From Ranitomeya imitator (Eukaryota), in assembly GCF_032444005.1 (NCBI RefSeq), contig NC_091288.1, forward strand, positions 172,732,001 through 172,796,000: 64,000 bases of DNA, in the 5' to 3' direction. The notes below the pieces were generated by a model. That model was given only the letters and a program-made list of their open reading frames with translations. It was not told the origin of the DNA and ran no database searches. This document shows positions 61,101 to 64,000 of this stretch, piece by piece. Both the position numbers and the translations under genes were made by a program. Positions within the stretch are counted from its first letter, which is position 1, and each line of letters starts with the position of its first letter.

Positions 61101-63461
61101 GTGGGCTTCATACAGTCTGATCAGAATGTTAAACTGAAAACCTCATATTCAGTTATATTAATTTTTGCCTAGCGGCTTTAGATCAACGTATGATTTTGGG
61201 ATGTGCGGTTCATGCGCTTTTTTTTCTTTTTTGCAAAGCATGTTCTAGTCTTCTTCTTGGACCAGCACTCCTCCCATTTGGCACAGGTGATTCTAATTAG
61301 CAGGAGACTGCAAAGTAAGGGGTCTAGCCCATTTTGGCTCTCACTGAAGAGCTGGAGGAAGGTGAGTTTAAGTGCTCCTTTCATTTTGGTGTTGGGGGTG
61401 TGTGGTAGCCATTGTTGCTGTGGCTTTGTGCTGGGGGGGTGGCGTGGTCTGGAGTCATGGGGACTCAGTCTTGCAGCATGGGTGCTGTGGGGCAACAGGC
61501 CGTCCGCCCTGCTGGTGCATGGCCGCTGTGGCGGTGGGCGCCGCACGGCTCCGCTCCGTTAGGGCGATAGGACCCACTACGAGGTTTGCCGTGAAGTGGC
61601 AGTGGGCTTCATACAGTCTGATCAGAATGTTAAACTGAAAACCTCATATTCAGTTATATTAATTTTTGCCTACCGGCTTTAGATCAACGTATGATTTTGG
61701 GATGTGCGGTTCATGCGCTTTTTTTTCTTTTTTGCAAAGCATGTTCTAGTCTTCTTCTTGGACCAGCACTCCTCCCATTTGGCACAGGTGATTCTAATTA
61801 GCAGGAGACTGCAAAGTAAGGGGTCTAGCCCATTTTGGCTCTCACTGAAGAGCTGGAGGAAGGTGAGTTTAAGTGCTCCTTTCATTTTGGTGTTGGTGGT
61901 GTGTGGCAGCCATTGTTGCTGTGGCTTTGTGCAGGGGGGGTGGCGCGGTCTGGAGTCTTGGGGACTCAGTCTTGCAGCATGGGTGCTGTGGGGCAACAGG
62001 CCGTCCGCCCTGCTGGTGCATGGCCGCTGTGGCGGTGGGCGCCGCACGGCTCCGCTCCGTTAGGGCGATAGGACCCACTACGAGGTTTGCCGTGAAGTGG
62101 CAGTGGGCTTCATACAGTCTGATCAGAATGTTAAACTGAAAACCTCATGTTCAGTTATATTAATTTTTGCCTAGCGGCTTTAGATCAACGTATGATTTTG
62201 GGATGTGCGGTTCATGCGCTTTTTTTTCTTTTTTGCAAAGCATGTTCTAGTCTTCTTCTTGGACCAGCACTCCTCCCATTTGGCACAGGTGATTCTAATT
62301 AGCAGGAGACTGCAAAGTAAGGGGTCTAGCCCATTTTGGCTCTCACTGAAGAGCTGGAGGAAGGTGAGTTTAAGTGCTCCTTTCATTTTGGTGTTGGGGG
62401 TGTGTGGTAGCCATTGTTGCTGTGGCTTTGTGCTGGGGGGGTGGCGTGGTCTGGAGTCATGGGGACTCAGTCTTGCAGCATGGGTGCTGTGGGGCAACAG
62501 GCCGTCCGCCCTGCTGGTTCATGGCCGCTGTGGCGGTGGGCGCCGCACAGCTCCGCTCCGTTAGGGCGATAGGACCCACTACGAGGTTTGCCGTGAAGTG
62601 GCAGTGGGCTTCATACAGTCTGATCAGAATGTTAAACTGAAAACCTCATATTCAGTTATATTAATTTTTGCCTAGCGGCTTTAGATCAACGTATGATTTT
62701 GGGATGTGCGGTTCATGTGCTTTTTTTTCTTTTTTGCAAAGCACAATAATCAGTCATACACTGCACAAATCTGGACTTTATGGAAGAGTGGCAAGAAGAA
62801 AGCAATTTCTCAAAAATATCCCTAAAAGTGTGGTTTAAAGTTTGCAACAAGTCACCTGAGAGACACACCAAACGTGTGGAAGAAGGTGCTCTGGTCAGAT
62901 GAAATCAAAATCGAACTTTTTGGCAACAATGCTAAATGATATGTTTGGTGTAAATGCAACACAGCTCATCACCCTGAACACACCATCCCCACTGTCAAAC
63001 GTGGTGGCAGCATCATGGTTTGGGCCTGTTTTTCTTCAGCAGGGACAAAGAAGGTGGTTAAAATTGATGGGAAGATGGATGGAGCCAAATACAGGACCAT
63101 TCTTGAAGAAAACCTGTTGGAGTCTGCAAAAGACTTGAGACTGGGACGGAGATTTGTCTTCCAACAAGACAATGATCTCAAACATTAAGCAAAATCTACA
63201 ATGGAATAGTTAACAAATAAACATATACAGGTGTTAGAATGGCCAAGTCAATGTCCAGACCTCAATCCATTCGAGAATCTGTGGAAAGAGCTGAAAACTG
63301 CTGTTCACAAACGATCTCCATCAAACCTCACTGAGCTCGAGCTGTTTGCCAAGGAAGAATGGGCAAGAATTTCAGTCTCTCGACGTACAAAACTGACAGA
63401 GACATACCCCAAGCGAGTTGCAGCTGAAATCGCAGCAAAAGGTGGCGCAACAAAGTATTAA
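58162..63461 (+). pseudogene. Tc1 transposase, interrupted at 58475-62758 and frameshifted
   Basis: HTH region (ISKTLNIPRSTV, PRPGRP) at 58162; DDE motifs WSDE (~62895), QQDND (~63165) and PDLNPFENLW (~63260). Confidence 0.92.
58475..62742. repeat. Fold-back insertion: two inverted arms of a ~500-bp tandem unit (about 3.9 + 4.5 copies)
   Basis: 16-bp TSD ACAATAATCAGTCATA at 58459-58474 and 62743-62758; periods 507/509/517 (left) and 500/501/501 (right); inversion junction at about 60476. Confidence 0.95.
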
Positions 63462-63859
63462 GTTAAAGGGGGTCGAATAATATTGCACGCCCCACTTTTC
63501 AGTTTTTGAATTTCCACAAAAATTTAAAATAACCAATTAATTTCGTTCAACTTCACAATTGTGTTCCACTTGTTGTTGATTCTTCACCAAAAATTTACAT
63601 TTGGTATCTTTATGTTTGAAGTATGATATGTGGGAAAAGGGTGAAAAGTTTCAGGGAGCCGAATACTTTCGCAAGGCACTGAACTTACCTTGTAATGTCT
63701 TCACATCCTGTTCCGTCCAGATGTGTCCGGATCCCAGAATTCCAAGCGCGGCAGAAGTTCACCGACCTCCATATTGGGACACCCAAGTTGTGGGTGTCTC
63801 AATATGGAAACTTCTGGTGGTACCAGCCTCTTGTGCAGTACCACCAGTGGTACACATTC

Positions 63860-64000
63860 GCACCACACACACACACACACACTGCATATGCCATATGCAC
63901 CATAGACACACTGTATATGACGTATGCACCATACACACACTCTGTATATGCCATATGCACCACACGCTCACACACACACTGTATACGCTGTACACAGCCT
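63860..64000. repeat. (CA)n plus a short degenerate minisatellite (…TATGCCATATGCACCA…CACACTG)
   Basis: Directly visible; runs off the window end. Confidence 0.7.

Larger units (their letters stand above)
50118..63681 (+). mobile_element. Tc1 transposon (~1.62 kb core) expanded by nested insertions
   Basis: ~210-bp TIRs CAGTGCCTTGCGAAAGTATTCGGC… / …GAATACTTTCGCAAGGCACTG. Removing the two inserts (7656 + 4284 bp) leaves 1624 bp. TA is present on the left only. Confidence 0.92.

Noticed and set aside
58586-62640. Many 60-145 aa ORFs in the 500-bp array
   Set aside because: They recur on both strands because of the repeat, differ by frameshifts between units, and show no protein motifs.

Overview
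Eukaryotic, vertebrate-type DNA made almost entirely of transposable elements. The mix of Tc1, hAT, L2, CR1, Gypsy, Penelope-like and TTAA elements points to an anuran (frog) genome; this is an inference. No host protein-coding gene was recognised. Three structures dominate. (1) A 15,146-bp, apparently intact hAT transposon (34839-49984) has an 8-bp target-site duplication (TSD), a 1191-aa BED/DDE/hATC transposase, its own candidate promoter and about 8 kb of internal tandem arrays. The empty pre-insertion site survives in a paralogous block at 22992. (2) A Tc1 element of about 1.6 kb has been stretched to 13.6 kb (50118-63681) by nested insertions: an L2 carrying a minisatellite hAT and a solo LTR, plus a 4.3-kb insert made of two inverted arms of a ~500-bp tandem unit with a 16-bp TSD. 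(3) Several Penelope-like fragments carry hammerhead-ribozyme-like motifs and 12-14 bp TSDs. One has the same inverted architecture as the 4.3-kb insert, which suggests a non-coding tandem-repeat retroelement moved by Penelope-type double priming. All coordinates and TSDs were read by eye; no database searches were run.
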